This document shows positions 1 through 7,577 of a stretch of 48,050 nt of DNA, one piece after another (position 1 is the first letter of the stretch; every line of letters begins with the position of its first letter). A model generated the notes under the pieces. That model had not been told where the DNA came from. It did no database searches and saw only the letters and a program-made list of their open reading frames with translations. The position numbers and the translations under genes were made by a program. This stretch comes from a virus (taxonomy: Duplodnaviria; Caudoviricetes): IMG/VR virus record IMGVR_UViG_3300045110_000198, positions 1-48,050 of that record; one strand, given 5' to 3'.

Positions 1-342
1 CCTTTCGATCTCGCGTAGCGCCTCCACCAGCTTCTCTGTGTTGCGCTCCGGGGACGGGCAGCGGGAGAGGTAGGCGGCGATGGCCCGACGTACAGTGTTC
101 CGCGTCCGCTCACCGTCGCCGTAGATGCGATACAGAACCTCGTGGGCAGCCTCGATGCCCGCCTCGTGGTCCTCGCCCTGCGGGGAACGCCTGACGGCAT
201 CGAGAGCGGCGGCCCGTGCGCGCGCAGCTATTGCCCGTTCGGCGACACGCCTGGCTCTGCCGTCCTTCACGTAGGGCAACTCGTCTTTGATCGCCCGCGC
301 GACCGCTTCGACCTCGGTCTCGTGGTTCCGGGCCTCAGACAC
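1..342 (-). CDS. Mosaic hypothetical protein, 5' part; continues across the junction at 48050-47833 (157 aa in total)
   Basis: GTG at 342 overlaps the upstream stop; reads MSEARNHETEVEAVARAI...RRSPQGEDHE...CPSPERNTEKL with an open frame to the window edge. Confidence 0.75.
   Translation of the reverse strand, partial: MSEARNHETEVEAVARAIKDELPYVKDGRARRVAERAIAARARAAALDAVRRSPQGEDHEAGIEAAHEVLYRIYGDGERTRNTVRRAIAAYLSRCPSPERNTEKLVEALREIER
28..86. repeat. 59-bp terminal overlap with 47992-48050; in addition 1-58 equals 47640-47697
   Basis: Base-by-base comparison; shared 31-bp core cagcttctctgtgttgcgctccggggacggg at 28, 47667 and 47992. Confidence 0.95.
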
Positions 343-1012
343 GAGCGTTCACCCGAGCCATCGCAGCAAGTACCCGCCCGCCGTATCGCTTGTCGTCCTC
401 GCGTCCGAATTGCGAGGCAGCGATGACGGCCAGGTCACGCAGGTTGCTACACCCACGACCCTTGCACGCCGTCACTGTGAGTCCGAGCGACCGCATGGCG
501 CGATGCTCGTCGTCGTCCGGGCATGGATGTTCAGGCACCCATTCGTGGTTCCGGGCCTCCCCACCCTCAGGGGACGGGGCGGGATCGAAGCCGTACAGAC
601 GCTTCCGATCTCGCGCCTCTGGGTCCTCGTGGTCCTCGTCCTGCGCCAGACCCTCACGACGCTTGGCCGCGAGGGACGGCTGCATGTGGACCTCGAACGC
701 TGTCGGTACGTGGTCCTCGCCCTGCGGGACCGAGAACGGTGTGCCCTCAAGCGCGACGGAATGCGATCCGGTGTGCCCCCTCGGACGAACACATGCGCCA
801 TAGCCACATCGGCCGTGGTCCTCGCCCTGCGGGGAACGCCTGACCGCATCGCGCGTCCCGCCATAGGTGCGGATCAGCGACAGGATCGCCTCCGCGTCAT
901 CAAGGTATTCCTGCCGCGACAGAGGGCCGACACCGCACTGGTCGTTCTCAGCGAGCGCGTCAGCGATCTTCTCGCGTAGCTCGTGGTTCCGGGCCTCCCC
1001 ACCCTCACTCAT
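335..1012 (-). CDS. Mosaic hypothetical protein with repeated linker peptides (EGGEARNHE, PQGEDH) and small Cys/His modules
   Basis: ATG at 1012 overlaps the upstream stop (ATGA); 225 aa. Confidence 0.75.
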   Translation of the reverse strand: MSEGGEARNHELREKIADALAENDQCGVGPLSRQEYLDDAEAILSLIRTYGGTRDAVRRSPQGEDHGRCGYGACVRPRGHTGSHSVALEGTPFSVPQGEDHVPTAFEVHMQPSLAAKRREGLAQDEDHEDPEARDRKRLYGFDPAPSPEGGEARNHEWVPEHPCPDDDEHRAMRSLGLTVTACKGRGCSNLRDLAVIAASQFGREDDKRYGGRVLAAMARVNARV

Positions 1013-1128
1013 GCCAGCCACCCGCGCCCGATCACGAACCCAGCCACGAACCCGCCCACGACAGCGATCGCCATGTAGCAGCGCAGCGCCCACAAGCGAG
1101 TCTCGTGGGCCTCCCCACCCTCAGACAT
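1009..1128 (-). CDS. Small membrane protein (39 aa)
   Basis: MSEGGEAHETRLWALRCYMAIAVVGGFVAGFVIGRGWLA; one hydrophobic segment; coupled start and stop. Confidence 0.6.
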   Translation of the reverse strand: MSEGGEAHETRLWALRCYMAIAVVGGFVAGFVIGRGWLA

Positions 1129-1363
1129 CAGAGACCGCTCGCGCGTGAAGATCGACTCGATAGCCGCACTTGCGACACGACAACTCGAACGGCGGGGTAG
1201 CCGGCATCGGGCGATGTTCATGCAGCGACGCCCACGAGCCGACTAGCGCTTTGCAGACCGCGCCCGGGCGATCATGCGCGACCAGCATGTCGCCGCACGT
1301 CGCATGGCAGTCGCACCACGTTCTGCCCTCGTGGCTCGTTGAGCCCTGAACAGAACCCTCCAT
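1121..1363 (-). CDS. Cys/His-rich hypothetical protein (80 aa)
   Basis: TGATG overlap at 1363; CDCH, CRKC motifs. Confidence 0.6.
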   Translation of the reverse strand: MEGSVQGSTSHEGRTWCDCHATCGDMLVAHDRPGAVCKALVGSWASLHEHRPMPATPPFELSCRKCGYRVDLHARAVSDV

Positions 1364-1563
1364 CAGGACACCTCGGCCTTTGCGCGGTCGTAGCCCGCCA
1401 TGATCGCCGTCGCGAACCACGTCAGTATCGTCTCAGCGTCATGCGCAATCTCAGGCGTGCGGGCCGTAGCGCCGACGAACGCCGCCGCCCAGACCTCCGC
1501 GTCGAACTCGCCGACCAGCGCCAAGTCCTCGATCGTCTCCGATTCGTAGATGTCGCCGCTCAT
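1363..1563 (-). CDS. Hypothetical protein (66 aa)
   Basis: Purine-rich RBS before ATG 1563; MSGDIYESETIEDLALVGEFDAEVWAAAF. Confidence 0.65.
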   Translation of the reverse strand: MSGDIYESETIEDLALVGEFDAEVWAAAFVGATARTPEIAHDAETILTWFATAIMAGYDRAKAEVS

Positions 1564-1600
1564 CTCTTCTGTCCTCTCTTTCGACCCAGCCAATACGACA

Positions 1601-2134
1601 TCAGGCGATCAGCCTCATCTGCGCTGAGAATGCTGCCCACTCACGGCCGACCTGGCCGGAGCCGGGAAACAAATCATCGAGGGAATCGCCCGGTTCGGCG
1701 CCCAGGACCTCGAACAGCCACCGGCAGAAACGCGGAGGCTTGCGCCCGACCACATGGCCGGGTCCACCGCGATGGACCCCCGATCCCATCGCGCCGCATG
1801 AGGGTGCAACGAGCGAGTCGCGCACGGTGCGCGGCCCGCCCTCGTAGGCTCGTCCGCCCCGGAGGACGACCGGCTCCCATGTGTACTGCACGCGAATGGT
1901 GAAGGGAGGCGCGTCCGTCTTCACCCACGAGAGGACACGAACATCATCGGGGCAGAGCAGAAGGACCTCGCGGAGCATCTTCGCGCCCGTCGAGAGCGCC
2001 CAGCCATCCGGGTACTCAGCGACGAGGCGAGCGACGAGCGCACTGTGGTCTATCTCACCCGCGTAGTCGGCGTGCTCGCCGTATAGGCGTTTGCTCTGAC
2101 CCGGGTACGGCGGGTCGGCGTACGCGAATCTCAC
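1601..2134 (-). CDS. DNA N6-adenine/N4-cytosine methyltransferase (small, beta-type motif order)
   Basis: YADPPY near the N-terminus and DDLFPGSG (FxGxG) near the C-terminus; GTGA overlap at 2134. Confidence 0.85.
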   Translation of the reverse strand: MRFAYADPPYPGQSKRLYGEHADYAGEIDHSALVARLVAEYPDGWALSTGAKMLREVLLLCPDDVRVLSWVKTDAPPFTIRVQYTWEPVVLRGGRAYEGGPRTVRDSLVAPSCGAMGSGVHRGGPGHVVGRKPPRFCRWLFEVLGAEPGDSLDDLFPGSGQVGREWAAFSAQMRLIA

Positions 2135-2289
2135 CGCTTCCCCTTCCGTCGACCCAGCCAATACGCACCGGCCACACCAGCAGCCACCACCGCACCCAAC
2201 CCGGCCAGGGACGGAAGGGCGACCTCCCGGGCGATGACCTCCAGCGGGGCGGTGAAGACACCGAAGGGAAGGCCACGGAGAACCCTCAT
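2131..2289 (-). CDS. Small membrane protein (52 aa)
   Basis: ATGA overlap; hydrophobic LAGLGAVVAAGVAGAYWL followed by a basic tail. Confidence 0.55.
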   Translation of the reverse strand: MRVLRGLPFGVFTAPLEVIAREVALPSLAGLGAVVAAGVAGAYWLGRRKGKR

Positions 2290-2816
2290 GCCACACGCTC
2301 CAGCGCCAGCAGTTCGTCCATGCGAGCGACCGCTTCGTCGCGACTCAAGTCCTCGCCGAGATACGTGAACGCGTACCAGCCAGCGGCGTACGGCTTGAAC
2401 CACTCCGAGTGCTCCCACGGCCAAACCCGAGGCATCTGCACCTTGCCCTGAATCTGGAGGTGGCAGCGCTGGCAGAGAGCGGCGAGGTTCCACCAGCGGC
2501 AATCGAACTTGTCGCCGTTCAGATGGTGGACCGTGAGGACCCGCCAGCGGGCCTCCACCGACGTCCCGTGCGCCACGGTCGATGCAACCGCGAGATCGCC
2601 CATCGGCTCATCGAACTCGTGCCCGTCGAAGCGGACCGGACCACCGTGGCGGCACTCAGTGTCACAGGGCGACCATTCGCCGGCGCCCTTCTCGTACGGG
2701 TGCATGCATCGCACGCAGCGATTCCCGGCCGCCTCGCGGACCGCATGCTTGATCGTCTCGTGCCACTCGGGCGGGTAACCGTCGAGGCCGCAGTCGACCG
2801 GAGCGAAGAGCTTCAT
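2286..2816 (-). CDS. HNH endonuclease
   Basis: RCVRC ... VLTVHHLNGDKFDCRWWNLAALCQRCH. Confidence 0.8.
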   Translation of the reverse strand: MKLFAPVDCGLDGYPPEWHETIKHAVREAAGNRCVRCMHPYEKGAGEWSPCDTECRHGGPVRFDGHEFDEPMGDLAVASTVAHGTSVEARWRVLTVHHLNGDKFDCRWWNLAALCQRCHLQIQGKVQMPRVWPWEHSEWFKPYAAGWYAFTYLGEDLSRDEAVARMDELLALERVA

Positions 2817-2859
2817 GGCCGCACCACGATCCCGTCCACCTCGATCGACCCACGATGTC

Positions 2860-3039
2860 TCACCGCTGTGACTTCCCCCTCGGGCCCTTCCCCGCCCCGT
2901 ACGTCACGCCGTCCGGCGGCTTGCCCTGCTTCGAGCTCGTCGCGTTCCCGAACGCCACCGACCGCTCCTCCATCCACTTGATGGCCGCCGGCGACAACCC
3001 CCCGCGGTAGCCCTTCTCGTACTTCTTCGGCTCGCTCAT
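2860..3039 (-). CDS. Small basic hypothetical protein (59 aa)
   Basis: ATGA overlap with the RHH gene. Confidence 0.55.
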   Translation of the reverse strand: MSEPKKYEKGYRGGLSPAAIKWMEERSVAFGNATSSKQGKPPDGVTYGAGKGPRGKSQR

Positions 3040-3290
3040 CCCTGCCTCACTCTCCATAGCCGCATCGCGTTCTGCCACTCCTCGCCGCTCGCGAACTGCT
3101 CGCGCTGCGGCCTCGCGCTCGACCGCTCGACCGCCGGCGGATCGGGGACGCCGCCTGCAGAGTCTCCGCGCAGCGCCTCCAGGCCCGCCTCGAAGACCGC
3201 GGTCCGCGTCCATCGCCGATCGTCGGCGTAGCCATCCGCCCACTTGAGCAGATCCTCGTCCACCCGTACGTCAACGCGCCGCTTCGACAT
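3036..3290 (-). CDS. Ribbon-helix-helix (CopG/Arc-like) DNA-binding protein
   Basis: MSKRRVDVRVDEDLLKWADGYADDRRWTRTAVFEAGLEAL fits the strand-helix-helix pattern. Confidence 0.75.
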   Translation of the reverse strand: MSKRRVDVRVDEDLLKWADGYADDRRWTRTAVFEAGLEALRGDSAGGVPDPPAVERSSARPQREQFASGEEWQNAMRLWRVRQG

Positions 3291-3501
3291 CCGCCGTCAC
3301 CCCCCAGCGCTCCGCGATCATCACCATCTCGCGCAACAGCGCCTCCGCCTCCGCGCCCCGCACCGTCCACGACAGGGATACCTCGGTGTCCATCCGGCCC
3401 CGCCACGTGATCGGGTATCCGCGGAGCGAGATGTGCAACTGCCGCTGCCCGGAGTCCCTTCTGACCTTCAACGTCGTGCCGCCCGGCTGGTGGTAGTCCA
3501 T
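3271..3501 (-). CDS. Hypothetical protein, leaderless
   Basis: ATG at 3501 lies 7 nt downstream of TACACT. Confidence 0.6.
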   Translation of the reverse strand: MDYHQPGGTTLKVRRDSGQRQLHISLRGYPITWRGRMDTEVSLSWTVRGAEAEALLREMVMIAERWGVTADVEAAR

Positions 3502-3542
3502 GTACGGGAGTGTACACACACGTACGGGTGGATGTGTACGGA
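3502..3542 (-). promoter_or_regulatory. Leaderless sigmaA-type promoter (extended -10, tgtgTACACT at 3514-3509) overlapped by three GTACGG repeats
   Basis: TANNNT, 7 nt, ATG; gtacgg at about 3502, 3522 and 3536. Confidence 0.55.
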
Positions 3543-3770
3543 TGACTGCTGGCGTGTGAGAGTGTCGAAGTCACATCCTGCGCCCGCGCGGGTCCCATCG
3601 CCACGGGGTGGCGGGGGGCCGGCGCTTCTGAGAGCTCGAGGGCCCCCGCCCCCTCCCCCCTCGAGCGCCTACCTATCTACGTGAGTACGTTTATACGCTC
3701 GCGATACCGCATGGTTGAGCCACATTGGGCCGACCGCTCGCAGCCCATAGCGCAGCCCATGTGTGTGCGC

Positions 3771-4460
3771 TCAGGCAGGGATGCGACGCAGCAGAGGGTC
3801 GCTCTCGAGCACGCTTGCTTCGCTTCGCTGGAGCGATCCGGACCCGTCCCGTTCTTGGCTTTGCGCTGCGCTTTGTCCTGCGTTTATACGTTCGTTCCCG
3901 TTCTCCGCGCTGCCCTCTTGTGTTGTGAGGGGTTCTGTCGCGGGTCTTGTCCGGTGCGCGTTCAGCATCTTCCCGACGATCCCGCCCGTGGTCTTGCCGT
4001 CGACCATCTTGCCGTTGGCGTCTCTGTCTCCAGGGGTTCGGGAGCGGCCTTCGCCCGGTTTCGGTAGCGCGGCTACTTCGCGCACGAGGCGCGCTATCTG
4101 CCGCATATGCTCGGGATCACGCTTGCCTTGGCGCTGTCTCTCGCATACGCCGAGCTCTGAGTCGGCGAGCGCGATCATGCGGCGCCGCAGCCCCTCGAGG
4201 ACATCGTCAGGGTTCGAGAGGGAGTTCATCCCTCCGCCCTTCACGGGCCCGCGCCGGCGTTTCCGTTCGTTCGTCACGAGGATGCGGAGATAGGACTCTC
4301 CGATGCTGAATGCGGGCACCGTTCGACCGTCTCTGCCCACTAGGTTGCCCTCGCGGGCCAGCTGCATTACGGCTTTCGCGGGCCGGATCTTCCGGTCCAG
4401 GTAGCAATGCACGGCCGCGGCTATCTGCTCATCGCTGTATCGGCGCTCGAATTTGGACAT
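3771..4460 (-). CDS. Hypothetical protein with N-terminal HTH-like segment; candidate terminase small subunit
   Basis: RRYSDEQIAAAV... followed by a helical middle; preceded by a copy of the late promoter motif; function inferred only. Confidence 0.5.
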   Translation of the reverse strand: MSKFERRYSDEQIAAAVHCYLDRKIRPAKAVMQLAREGNLVGRDGRTVPAFSIGESYLRILVTNERKRRRGPVKGGGMNSLSNPDDVLEGLRRRMIALADSELGVCERQRQGKRDPEHMRQIARLVREVAALPKPGEGRSRTPGDRDANGKMVDGKTTGGIVGKMLNAHRTRPATEPLTTQEGSAENGNERINAGQSAAQSQERDGSGSLQRSEASVLESDPLLRRIPA

Positions 4461-4467
4461 TCGTTGG

Positions 4468-4488
4468 ATCTTCGCGCCGTTTCCCGAC
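4468..4488 (-). promoter_or_regulatory. Late-type promoter motif GTCGG-N10-GAAGAT, leaderless
   Basis: Same geometry as seven other copies; 7 nt to ATG 4460. Confidence 0.55.
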
Positions 4489-4496
4489 GGAATTGC

Positions 4497-4527
4497 TTGA
4501 CACGGCCGTTTACGGAGCGTATATACA
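4497..4527 (+). promoter_or_regulatory. sigmaA-like early promoter TTGACA-N17-TATATA overlapped by a CGTATATACA palindrome variant
   Basis: Perfect -35 at 4497-4502 in the divergent intergenic region. Confidence 0.6.
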
Positions 4528-4577
4528 GTCCTTACGCGGCTTGCACAACGCGGCCGCTCTAACCGCTAGGAGTTGCA

Positions 4578-4964
4578 GTGCCCTACATCATCACCACGCG
4601 GCATCCTCGCCGCACTGTCTGGGAAGGCACGCGGTCCAAGGTCGTGACCGAGCCGCCTCCCACCCGCACCGCAGTCGCGACGCTCGAGGAGGCGCGCGAT
4701 CGCGTACACGAGGCCATCCGGCATCACGACGGGTCTTACACCCTTGCCGTGATGAACCAGATGGGAGCGGTGTTCGGGGACAACCCGTTCCGGACGCCCG
4801 ATCACACCGATGGCGGCACGATCGGCCCGCTGCCTAACGGCACCGTGATCGAGGTACACGAGATGTCTTACGAGGACATCGACGCGATCCCGGACGGCCC
4901 GCAGTTGCTCGCCGATGGCGACAGCGCGGAACTCATCGCCGCGTTTAACGGCACGCACGCATGA
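4578..4964 (+). CDS. Early hypothetical protein (128 aa)
   Basis: RBS taggag before GTG. Confidence 0.75.
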   Translation: MPYIITTRHPRRTVWEGTRSKVVTEPPPTRTAVATLEEARDRVHEAIRHHDGSYTLAVMNQMGAVFGDNPFRTPDHTDGGTIGPLPNGTVIEVHEMSYEDIDAIPDGPQLLADGDSAELIAAFNGTHA

Positions 4965-5074
4965 TCGCGCACCCGCACACCCTGAACGGCCCGTGCCGCG
5001 GTGCCCGCACGTTCGGCCTCACGGTCCGCTCGTGCGTCCGTTGCGGCGTCCTGCTGCCCGGGGTGACGTCGTGA
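4961..5074 (+). CDS. Small Cys-containing protein (37 aa)
   Basis: ATGA and GTGA overlaps at both ends; CVRCG. Confidence 0.45.
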   Translation: MIAHPHTLNGPCRGARTFGLTVRSCVRCGVLLPGVTS

Positions 5075-5307
5075 GCGGCGTCCCCTGCTTCGGTCGCGCG
5101 TCCGATGGAGCGCCGCTGAGTGAGAACGCGCGGCGCATGTTCGCCCGCGCGGTTCGTACCGGACGCTACTCCGGAGACACGGGCATGCCGCACGGGCCCG
5201 TTCAGTGGCTCCAGGCGGCTCCGCCCGTCGCGCCGGCCCGTCACGAGTCCGCGCGTCTGTTCACTCCGGTTGACGTGATGCCGGGTCAGACCGGGATGGC
5301 GCTCTAA
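5071..5307 (+). CDS. Early hypothetical protein (78 aa)
   Basis: GTGA overlap; TAATG coupling to the next gene. Confidence 0.55.
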   Translation: MSGVPCFGRASDGAPLSENARRMFARAVRTGRYSGDTGMPHGPVQWLQAAPPVAPARHESARLFTPVDVMPGQTGMAL

Positions 5308-5717
5308 TGGCCCGCCCGAAGACCAGCGGCAACGGCCGCCTGCGCAAGATCGAGTGCCCGACGGACAAAATGATGGCCTACGTCTCGCGCGGGGCCATCA
5401 TCCGCCACGGTCTCCCGTTCTGCGCGTGCGGCCAGCGGATGATGTTCGCCGAGCTCGAGGATGCTCTGTGCGCCTGTCCGGAGCTCGCGCACGAGCATCC
5501 TGACTTCCGCGCGTATACGGAGCGGCAGATTCGCTCTGCGGCCCGCGCGTCTCGCAACGTGCCGGCCGACCGCCTGAAGTGCGGCGGATGTCACGCGTTC
5601 GTCTCCGCCACGAACCATCGCTGCTCGTGCGGGTTCACGAACGACATACGCGGCAACCGCAACTACGGGCAGTGGATAGAGGGCGCGTCGCGCGTCTCCT
5701 CTGCCATGCCGTTCTGA
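5307..5717 (+). CDS. Zinc-ribbon-rich early protein
   Basis: CACG, CACP, CGGC, CSCG motifs. Confidence 0.7.
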   Translation: MARPKTSGNGRLRKIECPTDKMMAYVSRGAIIRHGLPFCACGQRMMFAELEDALCACPELAHEHPDFRAYTERQIRSAARASRNVPADRLKCGGCHAFVSATNHRCSCGFTNDIRGNRNYGQWIEGASRVSSAMPF

Positions 5718-5744
5718 GTACCTACCTACCGACAGGAGATCACC

Positions 5745-5924
5745 ATGAGCACCACGCAAATGATCGATTCGGGAAGGCGCGTCTATGTGCTTTCCACCCG
5801 CGAATACGACCCCACTCCGTTCGTATTCGACGACCGCGTTACCGCCCACGAATGGGCGGAGATCCACCTGCCGGACAAGCGCTGGCACGTGACAGACCAC
5901 ACGGTTTTCACGCGCGCCACCTAG
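5745..5924 (+). CDS. Early hypothetical protein (59 aa)
   Basis: RBS aggagatcaccATG; MSTTQMIDSGRRVYVLSTREYD. Confidence 0.7.
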   Translation: MSTTQMIDSGRRVYVLSTREYDPTPFVFDDRVTAHEWAEIHLPDKRWHVTDHTVFTRAT

Positions 5925-6011
5925 TTCGCGGCCCGACATAGCCTCCCGTTGATGCCCGGTTGATCCGGGTTTCGGCGGTGCCAGAACCATTCAACCGCTA
6001 GGAGATCACCC

Positions 6012-6338
6012 ATGAGTGCCACGCAAGAACGTCAGACCGAGCAGGAGAACGCCGTGGAGGCGCTGCAGCGATTCATCCCGTCGCGCCGCACGATCGTCCA
6101 TACCCGCACGGACTACACCCGGAGCATGACCGATTACGTCCGGGTCTACGTCGTCAGCCACGGCGCAATCCAGGACATCACGTACTTTGTGGCCCGCGCG
6201 CGCGGCCGCCGAATGACCGACCGCGGCATCGCGTACAGCGGTGGCGGCTACAGCAAGGGGCTCGAGGCCGCCGACGACGCGTGGCGCGCACGGTTCGGCG
6301 AGGCGCTGCGTCAGTCGCAGTGGCGCGAGATCTCGTGA
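6012..6338 (+). CDS. Early hypothetical protein (108 aa)
   Basis: RBS aggagatcaccATG; globular-looking sequence. Confidence 0.75.
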   Translation: MSATQERQTEQENAVEALQRFIPSRRTIVHTRTDYTRSMTDYVRVYVVSHGAIQDITYFVARARGRRMTDRGIAYSGGGYSKGLEAADDAWRARFGEALRQSQWREIS

Positions 6339-6522
6339 CCGGCACGGACATCCTCGCGCGGATCCTGTCCCCGAACGCTCCGGGACCCGGACCCGTCCAG
6401 CGCCCCGCAAAATAAGCCGTTCTCCCGTTTTGCCCATCCCTACCTACCCGTCCGCTGCTCAGAGCCCGCCACGTGCGGGCTCTGGCCGTGCCACGGGCCG
6501 ATTCTCACCCCTAGGAGGAACC

Positions 6523-6693
6523 ATGCCGCACGTATTGAGCGACGCGGAGTCTGCCCGCGCCGCTGCCGCCATCCGTTTCGCGCTGTCGCTGTCGATGGCG
6601 CTCCAGGACATCCCAGACGCGGTGCCGCTGTCCACCGTGGAGCGAGCCAAGCTCGCGCAGCTGGCCGACCGCCTCGCCGGCGGTGGCGCATGA
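6523..6693 (+). CDS. Early hypothetical protein (56 aa)
   Basis: RBS taggagg. Confidence 0.65.
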   Translation: MPHVLSDAESARAAAAIRFALSLSMALQDIPDAVPLSTVERAKLAQLADRLAGGGA

Positions 6694-6866
6694 ACCCCTC
6701 TATCCAGGAATGGCAGCGCCGATGCGACGCATCCCTCATTGCGGCGCACGAGCGGCGGGCCCGCACGCACGCGGATCCCGTGAGCATCGCGGCATGGGTC
6801 GGCGCGATCCTGGTCTCCCTCGCATTCTGGGGCGGGATCACGATCATCGCGGTGGTCCTGCTCTGA
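6690..6866 (+). CDS. Small membrane protein (58 aa)
   Basis: ATGA and TGATG overlaps; C-terminal hydrophobic stretch. Confidence 0.6.
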   Translation: MNPSIQEWQRRCDASLIAAHERRARTHADPVSIAAWVGAILVSLAFWGGITIIAVVLL

Positions 6867-7303
6867 TGCCCGCTACCGGGGACCAGACCCGTCGCGAGCT
6901 CGAGCGGTTCCTGAGCGCCGGCCGCGCCTTCACGGGCGCTCGAGGCGCCGCGGACCGATGGCAGGTCAACGTGCGGGCCGACGATCCGGCGCTCACGATC
7001 CTGCGCGACCTCCTGGCGACTGCGGATACCGGGGACCAGACCCGTGACGGGGACCGCCTGGTGATTCATCCGCGTGACATCGTCGGCAACGCGGCGGTGC
7101 GGAAGATCGCGGGCTACTACCTCGGGCACGAGTGGCGGCCCGTCACGCGGCCGACGCTGCTGAAGTGGCGCGAGCATCGCGGCTTTCCGGCGCCGCTGCC
7201 GTGCGAGCGGGCCGGAACCGAGCTCTGGGACGCGCGCGAGGTGCGCGAGTGGTGCAAGGCGCACGCGGCCCGACGCGCGGAGCTCGAGGCTTCCTACTAC
7301 TGA
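6866..7303 (+). CDS. Protein with C-terminal AlpA/Xis-like winged-helix domain (candidate excisionase or regulator)
   Basis: VTRPTLLKWREHRGFPAPL...LWDAREVREW matches the AlpA/MerR-like HTH pattern. Confidence 0.65.
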   Translation: MPATGDQTRRELERFLSAGRAFTGARGAADRWQVNVRADDPALTILRDLLATADTGDQTRDGDRLVIHPRDIVGNAAVRKIAGYYLGHEWRPVTRPTLLKWREHRGFPAPLPCERAGTELWDAREVREWCKAHAARRAELEASYY

Positions 7304-7577
7304 GCGACCGCGGACCAGACCCGTATATACGCGAGCGGCCCCGGGAAACCGGGGCCGCTTTGCGTGGCGGATGGCGCGCCTCTATGTGGGACGCCGCGAT
7401 AGGTTGAGGGCGGCGTCCGGCGTGACCGACGGCACGCTACCTGCGCGGTCGGACACGCGCAGCACGAGCGGTCGGGCGCGCGGACTGTCGGCGGATCGCC
7501 TCCGCCAGCGACTGCGGCGCCAGCGCCGTGTCCCACACCCACCCGGGATCCTGCGTGACGGCACCGGGGACCAGACC
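6874..7577 (+). repeat. Four direct repeats ACCG(G/C)GGACCAGACC(CGT)
   Basis: 6874-6892 and 7027-7045 identical (19 bp); 7307-7324 (17/18); 7563-7577 (15 bp). Confidence 0.85.
7334..7362 (+). terminator. Intrinsic terminator between convergent units
   Basis: 11-bp perfect stem agcggccccgg, GAAA loop, short T run. Confidence 0.8.

Larger units (their letters stand above)
165..1128 (-). repeat. Family of short in-frame linker repeats
   Basis: cgtggtcctcgccctgcg(gggaacgcctgac) at 165, 628 (1 mismatch), 709, 814, 47744; tcgtggttccgggcctc(cccaccctca) at 320, 543, 981 and a variant at about 1103. Confidence 0.9.

Noticed and set aside
165-1128. Repeats as a CRISPR array
   Set aside because: Several different repeat types, irregular spacing, all in frame within genes; no cas genes
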